IMG/VR virus record: IMGVR_UViG_3300027759_003844
Location: 45,178-109,177 of that record
From: a virus
Taxonomy: Duplodnaviria; Caudoviricetes
Length of the DNA: 64,000 bases
Reading direction: 5' to 3' (one strand)
The notes beneath the pieces are model-generated. The model made no database searches and was not told the DNA's origin. It saw nothing but the letters and a program-made list of their open reading frames with translations. A program made the position numbers and the translations under genes. Positions 8,581-19,900 of this stretch are shown here, one piece after another. Position 1 is the stretch's first letter. Each line of letters opens with the position of its first letter.

Positions 8581-11500
8581 TAAGAAACACCTCGTAAGAC
8601 TAAATTCTGCGTTACAGTATCACCAATAGTTGTACTATGAGAAATCACCCAATAATCAGTATTAACTATGTCTAACGCATTAAGTGCCGTTATTCTAATT
8701 CTATCACCCAATTGAACCTTTGGCATTGCCGTAACTGATATATTAATAATTGGAACTGGTAGTTGTGTTTTTTCAATAATAAAATCAGCCAGTTTTTTTG
8801 CATGAACAGAGTCTGTAATGAATGGGCTTTGAATTGTTAAATCTTTAATCCCATATTTTTTGATACTTGCATCTGTTGAAGCCGACTGTTCTTTAACTTG
8901 AGTATTTTGCTCAGTCATCTCAACAGCAATGCCGCCAATTGTTGTTGCGTAAGGATACTGCGTTTCTGGGTTTGTACCCTGCAACCAAGCAAGCTTACCC
9001 TGCTCAACATCGGTAGTAGCAGAAACAATTAATTCAGCTCCATACGCATACGGTAAGTATCTGGATATTTCAACTCGGGCTGGAGAGTCAAAAAGAATTG
9101 CAGAAACAAACGGGCTCCTAATATTATAAGCTGGAGACTTATCAAACTTAAGGTCGTAATATCTAGATTCTCTAACTTTTGTTCCCGAAGTATGAGCAGC
9201 AGCAGTCGTTTGAAATTGTCCACGCTCTAACCCATTAAAAGACACCGCTGTTTTTGAGATGTACTTAATGATCTCATCATCAATTTTAAGATAACCAGTC
9301 TTTGGGTAAACTGGATCTAGCGTAGTAGAAACATACATAACGGAATTAGCCCCGCTTGCGTTACTTGCAAGATTTGCAGTAAGAGCAGTAACTGCTAATG
9401 AAGCGTTGTCTGGAGCTGTCCACAAATTCTGCACCGTAGATGAAGATGTCTGGATAGCGCCCACTGGAACAATAACCTTGTTACACTGTAAAGAAACAAC
9501 ATAGTTAGCTTCTGTTATATTTGTTGAATCACTAATTGATGTTTGAATAACAGCATGTTGATTAATTGTAGGTTCAAAGAATCGGTAGTAATGCTCGTAT
9601 CTTGCATGGTCAGTTTCATCTACATAAACACGACCCATATCAGCAAATGTAATCCCATCCATAATGCCTCTAATGGTATCCTCGTTGCCATACAAGAATG
9701 CAAATTGAGTAAGAGGTTGCATTTTTGCCTCAGTATATCTATCACTTACTTGAGCAGAAGTGAGGCATTCATTATAGATAGCAAACTCATCAGCATAAAG
9801 ACTTCTAATAGTTGCTGGGGCTACTTCTGCACCAGCCGTATAGGTTGCCCCTCTCCCACCAATTGTAATTGGCTTTGAAGCCCAAGAAACAATTTCGCCA
9901 GCGACAACCTCTGTGTCTGACAGAGCCCCATTAACATAATATTTGAGGCTCTCCCCATCAAAAGTAGCAACTAGATGTGATGCAGAAGAATTAGACAATG
10001 CAGTGTTAGAAGAAACAGTTTCTGTTGCAACAACAGAGTTCGCAATTGCTTTAACTTTAAAACCATGAGATGTAGAGTTATTGAAAAATTCAAAACCAGC
10101 AGTAGATGTTGAATTGTTCCAAGAACTCAAATATTCTCCATCACTACTAAAAGACCCATTGTGGAATTTCCCATAAAATTCAATTGACCATCTTGCATCA
10201 GCAGTCACATCAAGGCTTGCATCGCTCGGTATTCTAATATATGAATTTGATTCCAGCAAAACTGATTGATCATCTAGATCAGAAACCAAAAATGAAGGTT
10301 GACTTAATTTTGGTGAATTAATATATATTGCATTATTCCTATGATTATTGGCATCAGCAACAGTAAGAGTTCTAGATGGGTCTTTAGTCCCGATACTATC
10401 CAGTGCAGCAATCGTGCAACACTCGTTTGCACTTACCAGAACATCTGACCCACCACTTAACGCTTTGTATAGAGTTATATCAAATGAAGCAACTCCGCCA
10501 GTGTTAAAAGAATGATAGAATTCAATTCTTATCTTTCTTGGAACACCAGCGGTAAGGTTAACAGTGCTTGACGCAAACCTTGTAGATGTTGTCGTTAGAT
10601 TATAGCGATTAAGAATTATAATATCATCTAAATAAACTCTAACCCCGCCATATGCTATTCTAATAATAATTTGTTGTAAACCAGAATCTGTTGGTATATA
10701 ATACCCATCAAATACACCATTATAATATTCAGAATAAACAGTACCGTCAGTGCCTGTAAAGGTATAATCATTTAAATCTAGAGCATATGCACTAGATGAT
10801 GATATTGCTTTAGAGAGCGCCGTAATTGTTGGAGAAGTAAATTTTTCTACCTCAAGGGCTTTATCCATCGGGGACAATTCTTTATCAATGGCATCTGCCA
10901 GAATATCTTTAACGGAAACATCTTTCTTATTTGATGGCATCCCCCAAAACCGTGCCCTTAATCCAGTCGCTGGGATGATATTATTACCACTCCTATCAAC
11001 AGTATCTTCATTAAAAGAATACGATGCAACAGCTCCTCTTGCACGAGCGCCCTGTTTGTAGTTTTGCAATCTCTCAATATCTGCCTTTGGGAAATTTGCC
11101 CTTAATAAAAGATTTTCAACAGCATCATCTGCATAAGAATTCTGTAAAAAGAAACCGTAGTTGATTGTTCGTTCAGACAAATACTTTGTCCAATCCTGTA
11201 AATTAGCACTCACTGTCATGTCTGTACCAATTGACCATTCATCAACATAGAATGTCCCATTTTTTACATATTCATAAATATCAAAACGAACAAGACTTCC
11301 AGTGCTGTGATTTTTAGCAACAGAACCACCATACCCACGCTCCAATACTGTTACAACACTAGAGTTAGACACTGAAGAACAAAGGATTACTTCCTCTGAT
11401 TGTGTATCACGATCAATAACAACAATAAATTCATTACCAGACCCACCAGTAGGAATATTGGATTTATCCAGAACAGTGAATGACATATCTGTATCAGTAA

Positions 11501-12491
11501 TACTGCTAGTAATCTGAGTCTCTAAATAGGATGCATTAATATTATTACTGCTTGGTTTTTTAATTCTCCATCCAGTAAAGACCTCAACCTCTAAATCTTT
11601 TACCATATATTTACCATAAAGAGATGATGTATTAAATAAATTGAAAACCTTTGTTGTATTATCTAATGTTAAATCAACAACAGCAGTCTCTGACCCGCCG
11701 ATTGGCAAACTGGTGGAATGGACATCCCGAGTTCTATTCACTGAGTACGAAATAATGTAGTCACTAATATCTTCTTCGTACAAAGGAATGATTTCTTGGA
11801 TTCTTGCATAATCTTGCGGATATGAAGTTGAATGAATAATCACTTTAATCTTTGAAATATTCTGTGTTGTTAATGCACTTGATAAGATGTGGTCCATGTA
11901 ATACCCACCAATAGGAATCTCTCCAACTTCACTCAAAACTAAATTTAAAGAACCATCATACGCTTCAACAGTATATGTTGATATTTGACCATAAAATTCT
12001 GATGTTACAATTCTAATTTTATTTACTTTTCTTGTTGTAAAAGTTGCTTGGATATATGGATCAGTAGTAAATCCATATCCACTATGTGTAGCGTGAGCAT
12101 TAGAAGTACTTGTACTATTTGACCACCATCCGAATTCAAGACTGCTTCCAATTTGTGTATTAGCCAAATCATTAGTAGTGAGCGATGGCATTGCATACCA
12201 ACTACCATCCGCTTTAATCACATCACCATTTATATCTTTAGCACCAGCAACTGCCCAAGTAAACGATTGTCTTTTAATTCCGTTAAAAGCTTCGGTAACA
12301 GGGAAGAAGAAGCCCCGAGTCGGGTAGGCTGTATTTGCAGGGGCATCGTTTGTTGTAACAACCAGGTTGTCAAGGTGACGACTATCCAGCCATTTGATAA
12401 TAACTCTTGGCTTTATCTTCTGGGCTGGTGCAACAATCGCTGAATTAAATGAAGTAGAGAACTCCTTGCCATATAGTCCAGATGTTAACAT
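8580..12491 (-). CDS. Large tail-tip/baseplate protein with PA14-like and LamG/concanavalin-like domains
   Basis: GGVRVYLDD...LTAGVPRKIRIEFY (PA14-like); HLVATFDG...YYVNG...DEFAIYN (LamG-like); SIKKYG and PKVQLGDRI tail-tip motifs. Confidence 0.75.
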   Translation of the reverse strand: MLTSGLYGKEFSTSFNSAIVAPAQKIKPRVIIKWLDSRHLDNLVVTTNDAPANTAYPTRGFFFPVTEAFNGIKRQSFTWAVAGAKDINGDVIKADGSWYAMPSLTTNDLANTQIGSSLEFGWWSNSTSTSNAHATHSGYGFTTDPYIQATFTTRKVNKIRIVTSEFYGQISTYTVEAYDGSLNLVLSEVGEIPIGGYYMDHILSSALTTQNISKIKVIIHSTSYPQDYARIQEIIPLYEEDISDYIISYSVNRTRDVHSTSLPIGGSETAVVDLTLDNTTKVFNLFNTSSLYGKYMVKDLEVEVFTGWRIKKPSSNNINASYLETQITSSITDTDMSFTVLDKSNIPTGGSGNEFIVVIDRDTQSEEVILCSSVSNSSVVTVLERGYGGSVAKNHSTGSLVRFDIYEYVKNGTFYVDEWSIGTDMTVSANLQDWTKYLSERTINYGFFLQNSYADDAVENLLLRANFPKADIERLQNYKQGARARGAVASYSFNEDTVDRSGNNIIPATGLRARFWGMPSNKKDVSVKDILADAIDKELSPMDKALEVEKFTSPTITALSKAISSSSAYALDLNDYTFTGTDGTVYSEYYNGVFDGYYIPTDSGLQQIIIRIAYGGVRVYLDDIIILNRYNLTTTSTRFASSTVNLTAGVPRKIRIEFYHSFNTGGVASFDITLYKALSGGSDVLVSANECCTIAALDSIGTKDPSRTLTVADANNHRNNAIYINSPKLSQPSFLVSDLDDQSVLLESNSYIRIPSDASLDVTADARWSIEFYGKFHNGSFSSDGEYLSSWNNSTSTAGFEFFNNSTSHGFKVKAIANSVVATETVSSNTALSNSSASHLVATFDGESLKYYVNGALSDTEVVAGEIVSWASKPITIGGRGATYTAGAEVAPATIRSLYADEFAIYNECLTSAQVSDRYTEAKMQPLTQFAFLYGNEDTIRGIMDGITFADMGRVYVDETDHARYEHYYRFFEPTINQHAVIQTSISDSTNITEANYVVSLQCNKVIVPVGAIQTSSSTVQNLWTAPDNASLAVTALTANLASNASGANSVMYVSTTLDPVYPKTGYLKIDDEIIKYISKTAVSFNGLERGQFQTTAAAHTSGTKVRESRYYDLKFDKSPAYNIRSPFVSAILFDSPARVEISRYLPYAYGAELIVSATTDVEQGKLAWLQGTNPETQYPYATTIGGIAVEMTEQNTQVKEQSASTDASIKKYGIKDLTIQSPFITDSVHAKKLADFIIEKTQLPVPIINISVTAMPKVQLGDRIRITALNALDIVNTDYWVISHSTTIGDTVTQNLVLRGVS

Positions 12492-13586
12492 TTAAACCTC
12501 TTCCAGCGTCATTGCGCAATCAAAATAGTATACACCACTAACCAAATCCCTTCTTAACAATTTTTCATTAAAATTAGTAATAAAGACACTTACTGACTCT
12601 TCGGTATAGGGGGTTATACCATTTTCATCTTGATTGATAATTGTTAAAGTATGGATATCTGAATCCATTGCTGCATCTTTCAAATAGTTTCTAGACTCCC
12701 TGTAGTCAACTGTTTCATCACTCTTATTGGGAATAAAGCTCCATTTGGCATTAAATGTTCTCTTGGACCCGCCATACTGAGCGGAATTCTTGTAATACCT
12801 AGACGAATCTCCTGCCCAATTATTATTTTCTATAAATACTGGAGTTGTAGAAATGTCAAATGTTCTTGACTGGTTCGTTAAAGGCACACCATCTAACAAC
12901 AGTAGGGCTCGTATCAGTGAAGAGTCAGCTGTAATGTTCGGGCTGAACCGAATCATCTGCGCCCTTGTCTCGCTATTAGATGTATTAATATTTATTCTAA
13001 TTGTTGCAAGGAATATATGAGCATTTACAGTACTAGCATTTGGCACCGTTGTAACATTGCCAAGTACTGATATTAACGAACTTACAAACCTAATTCTTAA
13101 TGCAGATACAGGAACATCAGATGTGCATAGGATATTAGTATTGCTATAAGCAATCTTTGTTACAACTGTAGCAGCCGAAGCCGCAGAATCTATTGCGGAT
13201 GCAGCCAATGCTATTTTCATTCCTACCGTAACAACGCTTGATGTACAATCTATTGCAGATGAAGCATATGCTATTTTTGTACCAACAGTAACTACACTTG
13301 ATGTTATATATATTGGTACCAAGAACGGCTGGATCTTAGTTCCAAGCGTCAATGTTGTTGAAAGAATATCGCTTATATCTATTTGAGCATGAGCAATCTT
13401 ATAAGAAGTAGCAGTTAATACAGCATCAGCTGATAGTGCAATTGTCCCATGAGAAAGTTTGATAGAAGTAACTTGTAGGGTTACATTCCCAGAAACCGCA
13501 ATTAAACCGAACTGTGTTTTGTCCGCAAAATAGAAATCTACACCACTATTTAGAGGTTCACTAAAACTATAGAAACTGTCTGCCAT
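12492..13586 (-). CDS. Minor tail protein; N-terminal ~21-aa repeats plus distal-tail-like C-terminal domain
   Basis: Repeats such as TVGTKIAYASSAIDCTSSVV; C-terminal domain similar to 13589-13999. Confidence 0.65.
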   Translation of the reverse strand: MADSFYSFSEPLNSGVDFYFADKTQFGLIAVSGNVTLQVTSIKLSHGTIALSADAVLTATSYKIAHAQIDISDILSTTLTLGTKIQPFLVPIYITSSVVTVGTKIAYASSAIDCTSSVVTVGMKIALAASAIDSAASAATVVTKIAYSNTNILCTSDVPVSALRIRFVSSLISVLGNVTTVPNASTVNAHIFLATIRININTSNSETRAQMIRFSPNITADSSLIRALLLLDGVPLTNQSRTFDISTTPVFIENNNWAGDSSRYYKNSAQYGGSKRTFNAKWSFIPNKSDETVDYRESRNYLKDAAMDSDIHTLTIINQDENGITPYTEESVSVFITNFNEKLLRRDLVSGVYYFDCAMTLEEV

Positions 13587-13588
13587 TG

Positions 13589-13999
13589 TTATTTCTCTTT
13601 AAGAGAAATCTCAACATTGTAATAAGCACACTGGTTGGGAATATCTCTTCTAATTAATGTTTCTGAATATGACTCTACATAAACAACTGTATTATAGAAG
13701 GCATCATCAGGGTCCAATTTAATTGATAGCGTAGCTGACGATGGAGCTCTAGCAAGATCATAAAGATAGTTCCGACTCTTACGACCATCAATAGTTTCTG
13801 ATGGCTTGTCTGGAAGGTAGGTGAAAGAGAAGGTGTAATTATTCTTTGCGTTCTTAATAAACCTTTTTCTATTCCCGTTTAAAAGTTCGGTATTAGCAGC
13901 AGATGTAATCATACCACCACTGAATATACGGTTATGCTCGGTAATCTCTTGCCCATTAAGGACAACAAGATGGGTGATATTAGGTTGTTGAATAGCCAT
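13589..13999 (-). CDS. Putative distal tail (Dit-like) protein
   Basis: Immediately downstream of the tape measure; size and position. Confidence 0.55.
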   Translation of the reverse strand: MAIQQPNITHLVVLNGQEITEHNRIFSGGMITSAANTELLNGNRKRFIKNAKNNYTFSFTYLPDKPSETIDGRKSRNYLYDLARAPSSATLSIKLDPDDAFYNTVVYVESYSETLIRRDIPNQCAYYNVEISLKEK

Positions 14000-16900
14000 T
14001 AGTTAATACCATTATAGCTTGTAAATGTTCTAGACTCATTACCAGCAGCCTTATTCATTTTTGGAAGAACATTAACATTGTAACTCTTCATCATTGACTT
14101 AAACCATTCTTCTTCCCCAACAAATGTTTCAACATTGATATTGACTGTTGATACACTGGTTGACCCACCACCAGAATAGGACGGGGAACCAGAAGGAACA
14201 TTAAACTTTGAGCGGTTGATTGACTGCATTGTTCTTACGCCCATGCTTCTTACAGCATCAGCATTAACAACATATTCACCACCATGCAAGATTGCAGGAA
14301 CTTCCATTGAAGGAGCACCAGGAACATAACCACCAGATTTAAAGCGATTACCAATCCATTCTGTATGCTTCTTAACACCGCTATACATATTGTTTCTAGA
14401 AAACAAGCGGCTGATCGCGTTATCGCTCAAAGCAGCAATTTGGTGGGGACCATAAGAGTCTGCTATATTATAAGTTCCTTTTCCATAAGTTATCGCATTA
14501 TGGTAGAAAGGTGAATCAAAGTGAGGACCAAAACCAGTATTTAACTGTTTTCCAAACACCCTAAGCAACTCATCTGCACCTGCAGTATTAGACCCATGCT
14601 CTCCGCCTCTAAAGAAAGCTTGATCACTTAGCTTTCCTGTTTGGGATAAAGCATTCATTGCATCATTAACTTTTTGACCTGGAGAAGACCCACCCGTGAA
14701 AGTTTTAAATGAACCAGTTGGTATTTTCAGACCCTCACCAGGTTTTGGAGTAAACCATGTATCAACAGTGTATAAATTATCCAAAGCCCCAGGGTTAGCG
14801 TCAATAACATCCTTAAGCCTCGCAACAATATAATGAGCATTTTCAATATTTGCTCTTTGTTGATGCCCTTGGACAATGTGGTTTATTGACATATGAATAG
14901 TATCTCTAATGTATTCCATAGTCCCAGTCGGGGTCTCGCTAGGAAATATTGTTTTATAGTCAGCCGTAGGTCTTAAGGCAATATTGCCAGCAGCATCAAG
15001 TGGTGGAGCAAACTGAGTCTCATGAACTAGAAATAAATCATCTAGATTAAGTGAATCTAAACCACCACGCTTAACACTGCCTAATAAATTTTGCATTGGG
15101 TATGAAAAAGTTGAATCATCTTTTGCTTGCTGTATTATTTTTCTCCCAGCCTGCGCATAGTTATTAAACTGCATCATGGAGTTAGTATCGCCTCTTTGAC
15201 CAGCATAAAGCAGTGCGTCAATCAAGTTTGTTGCAGCTCCACCTTCCTTTTTGTATGCTATATGAGCGGAAATCCAATCTCTTGATATTGCTTGACCTTC
15301 CTTGCTGAACTGGCTTAATCCACTTATGTCATATGGGTTTAAATCAACATTTTTAAAATTATATGGTACATTAAAGCCTCCACCATTTCTCGGAAGTCCA
15401 AACCCAATATTTTCTGCTCCAATTTTATACATTTCAAAAGACTCAGTTACAATTTGCTCTGCATCCCTCATCGCCTCTCTTGAAATAACTTGGGGGGTCA
15501 GTGGAGGACGGAATAACTCTAAGCCATTACCTGGTGCTTTTGGAAGTTTTTGGTAAAATGTTCCTGAAGTGCTTATTCTATCAAGATCGCCAAAAGGGTT
15601 TTTAATGCTTGAAAACATATTGCCCAAAGATCTAAAAATATTCGGCGGTTGAGCTTTTCCTTCAAGTTTAATCGCTTGTTGCCCTCTAGCAGCTTCAATT
15701 GCTTCTCCTAATTCTTTGGCTATTTGACCTCTTGTTTTACCGTTTGTAACAACTTCCTGCAAAACACCCACTGGTTTGTCTGTCCATGAAATAGGGCTTT
15801 CTGCAAATGTGCTTGGCTTTAACCCTCTAGCCCCTCCAATATAGATAGACCCAACTCTGTCCCCAGCATTAAGCGCACTATCTGCATACGGAAGTAATTT
15901 TTCTACTGCATTATCTGCTGTAGTTTTTGCGGCATCAAAAGTCCAAACTTTAGGAATAGCATTAATACCTTCTGCGGATGCAGGATTAGGGAGTAATGTT
16001 TTTAGACCCTGAATAGGCGATGCATGATATACAAGATCAAATGCTTCTTTTTCTGCCAATACAGCAGCTTCTCGTGCCAAAGCATTGTTCATGGCAGCTG
16101 TGAACCCTGGTCTCATTATTTGACCAAGAGTCAACTCTGTTGCGGTAAGCCCCATTTTCTCTACTGCTGCAATACCAAACGGTCTTAAAAGAGGTTTTGC
16201 AACAGCTGACACTCCAGCATTAATTTCTGGTCCAAGAAGTGTGGTTATAATATTAAATGCATCACCCATATTCATAAGTTTATTATTAGCAACTTGTCCA
16301 AACCCGTCAGATTTACCGCCAGGAAGATTGAGACCAGTCAAGTTATTAATACCACGAATATAATTGATACCATTTTCTAAATCATGTTGATTTCTATTTT
16401 GTAAATTCTTAATTGGGTTATAACTTAATCTTCTATCAAATAAAGCAAGTGGTGATTCAACAACACCCATTGCAATGTTATTTGCACTATTGCCAAATTT
16501 AACAAACGATTGCTGTAAGTCAAAGAGCGATTTAACTACGAACCCACCAGCTTTTGCAAATATACTCTTCTTTTCTGGCTTGACAACTGGTGCTATTGGT
16601 CCAATAAAGTTCTTAGCAAGCCCCGCATTTTTCAAGTCAGCATTTCTTTGAGCATTCCTTTGTTCTTGCGCTTTAGCGACTTGCCCTATTCTACTTGCCT
16701 CAGAAAGATGAATAACTTCAGCAGCTTTACTTGCTGCAGCAGTATTGGCATAAATACCTAAATGGTTTTTGTAACCACCATTAGCATATGCGTTAAAAGC
16801 ATTAGTGTCAGATAAAATCTTTCCTTGAACAACTGTTGGCAATAATACTTCACCCTTGCCAATCCCAAAAGATGCAGAGCGAACAGTAGATACACCACCT

Positions 16901-19900
16901 TCACCTGCAAGATTGTTCTTAACGAGTGGAAGTGATTTTAAGTTAATTGTTGGAGAAGCAACAACAGGAATTGATGTTGCATACGGACCCTGTAACGGTT
17001 GTGGTGTTTTCTTAGTAGAGTTAGCAAGAATTTTATCTTCACCACCGAACGGAATACCACCCTTCTTTGGTGCAACATATCCACCTTTAGCAAATTTTGG
17101 GATAAGGTTGTTGTTAAGCTTTTCTAATGCACCAAGACCCAATCTTGAAACAGCTTTTGCATTAAGGATATATTCCCCGCCATGAAGTAATGCTGGAACT
17201 CCTTCTTGAGTAGGGGCATTAATGAACCCGCTTCCGATATAACTGCTCTCATCACTCCTGCTTGGAATTACTCCACCTTTTGCATAACCACGAAATGGTC
17301 CAGTTGGTTTTTTAACAACTGGCACAACTGGTTTGGTATATCCAGTACCAAAAGCAAACTCTTGATAGGTTAATGGTTTTAAGCCCCGTGCAACTCGGCT
17401 TGCGTTATTATTTTCAAATGCATCAGCCCTACCACCTGCGCCACCAGTAGTTGAAGGGGTACTACTCGTATCCGAAGGAGTCCCCCCAGCGTTTGCTGCA
17501 GCCTCTTGAGCTGCTGCTGCAGCATCTGCCTGAACTTTAAGAGCTAACCACTTCTTGGTGGTTTCATCAAGATGACCACGCATCTCCGCAAACAAATCTG
17601 CATTTATTGCAACAGTATTTCTTAAACTATTAGTAATAGATATATTGCCATCAATAATAGCTTGCTCATAAATTGTTTTCCAATTGGTAACAAATTTCAA
17701 TGATGCTTCTGCAAAAGGAGTTAAGAACTCTTCATCAACAATCCGCAAAATTTCTGTTTTAGCAACATCAAAATTACCAACCAAACCAGTAGAAACTAAA
17801 CCAAACGCATCAATAACTGTTTGTTTCTTGTCCCCAAAAACTCCGCCTATATCGGCAAGCATTCCAAGAGTTGCGCCAATAATAGAATTTTCTTCTGGAT
17901 TACCACCCAAGCCGTACTTTTTCTGTGCTTCTATAACAAGATCATCAAGGTTCATGCTGAAGGCACCAATAACTTTGTTCGGCATCTTGTCATTTATTGT
18001 TGTAACAAATGTTTCAAACATATTGCCAAACTCTGTACTATTAGCTAGAGCTGCATCCGTAGTAATCGTATGCAATTTGTTAACTTGGTCTTGGTAATCC
18101 TGAATTGTTATAGGAGGGAACTTAGTGACTAAAGCCGCAGCCTCTTGGAACTTGACAAGTGATTCATCAAAGAACTTTCCAGCAGCTTCCTTAGCCTCAT
18201 TGATAGCGGTCTTAAGAGCATCAAGATTTTCTTTTGCTAATTCCTCACTACGCTTTGTCTCAATAGCCTTCATGTCTTCAGTAAATGATTTCTCGTCTAG
18301 ACCTTGTTCTAGTTGCAACATTCTTGCATCATCAACCCGACCTTCATAAACAGCTAATGCATAGTTTCTGCGATACTGTTCATCAGTGAGAGCCTTGTCA
18401 TCAATACGCTTACGCTTCTCTGACTCATAAGCCATTGTTTTCGTGAGAGACTCTTGCGCTTTTTCTAATTTATCAAGCGTTTCAATTTGGACTTGGAATA
18501 CTTTTAGCGCAGCATCTTTTTGTTTCTTAAGAGCATTTTCTGCTTGCGTGAGATACTTATCTACAGCGTTCTTTAATTCACCAGCAACATAGTCTTGAAG
18601 TTCCTGAACGGCACCATCAATCTCTTTCTTCATTGCCCCAGCAAGATCTAACGCATCAGCAAAGCCATCGCCTGTGGATTGTGCGATTGCCTCGCCAGCC
18701 TCTTCGGCTTCAGGCTTAACATCATCACCTAAGCCTTTAACCTTTCCTTTTGATTTTTTGACACCTTTACTAATACCCTTATCAAGACCGTTGGTGATAG
18801 CTCCCGCAATAGCGTCAACAGCACCCATTGCAGCACCCTTGCCAGCATCTACCATGCCATACAAACCATCAATTACATTATCAATACCATTACCAACAGA
18901 CTTTAAAAATCCCATTCCAGGAAGTTTTGATAGCCAACCAAAAGCTTTAGCAACAGCTTTCGGTATAAGTGTAAAATAACCAATGACTAACTTTATGCCA
19001 AAAGCAACAACTTGAATTACACCTTTAATTAATAGAGCAAAACCCTGTACAACAAATTTAACAACCTGATAGACAGCAGCTTTCAGGAAATCAAAAGCAT
19101 CTCCCCAATTACCTTTAAATATAGAAACAACAAACATCACAATATTTATAATCATATATAAATAAGGCTGAATAACATTCATTACAAACTTCTGGAACAT
19201 CCCAGCAACCCATTTAACAGCTGTTGCTATTCCGCCAAATGCTGCGGCAAGACCGCTTATTGCATCTCCCCCCTCTGCTCCGCCTTTCCCAAACATTGCA
19301 AAAAGATCAAGGAATGGTCTTGCAATTTCCAATAAAGCGTTTTTAAATATATCAAATGCTTCTTTTATTTTTGCAAAAGCACCAGAACCAGCTTCTCTAA
19401 ATTTATCAAAGTTTTTTACAATAACTAAAACAGCAATACCTATTGCGGCAATTACAACACCAATACCTGTTGATATCATTGCCAACTTCATTAACTTTAG
19501 TGCTAAAGTGCCAAGCTTTGTTGCGCTTGCAAACCCCTTCATAGCGCCAATTGCCATTTTAATAGGACCAACACCGCCTTGAGCCATCTGTTGAACTCTC
19601 AGTGCTCGCATAGCTGATTGAGCACCTAAAATAGAGTTACGATATCCCTGCATAGCTTTTGCTGGAGCACCACCAATAGATCTCACTGTTTCCATTGCGC
19701 CAAGTTTTGCCGATGTCATCTTGCCAGCAATACCACCACGAGCAAGACGCATACCTTGATTCTCTGTAATTTGACGCTCTATGCCTTTACGAGTTGTTCT
19801 TATTACTTCCCCGCCCGTTCCTCTAGTGAGACCTCTTGCAGCAAATCTTGATTCTCTTAATGCTGAAGCATCTGCGACTTCGCCAAGCAGTTGTTTCCCA

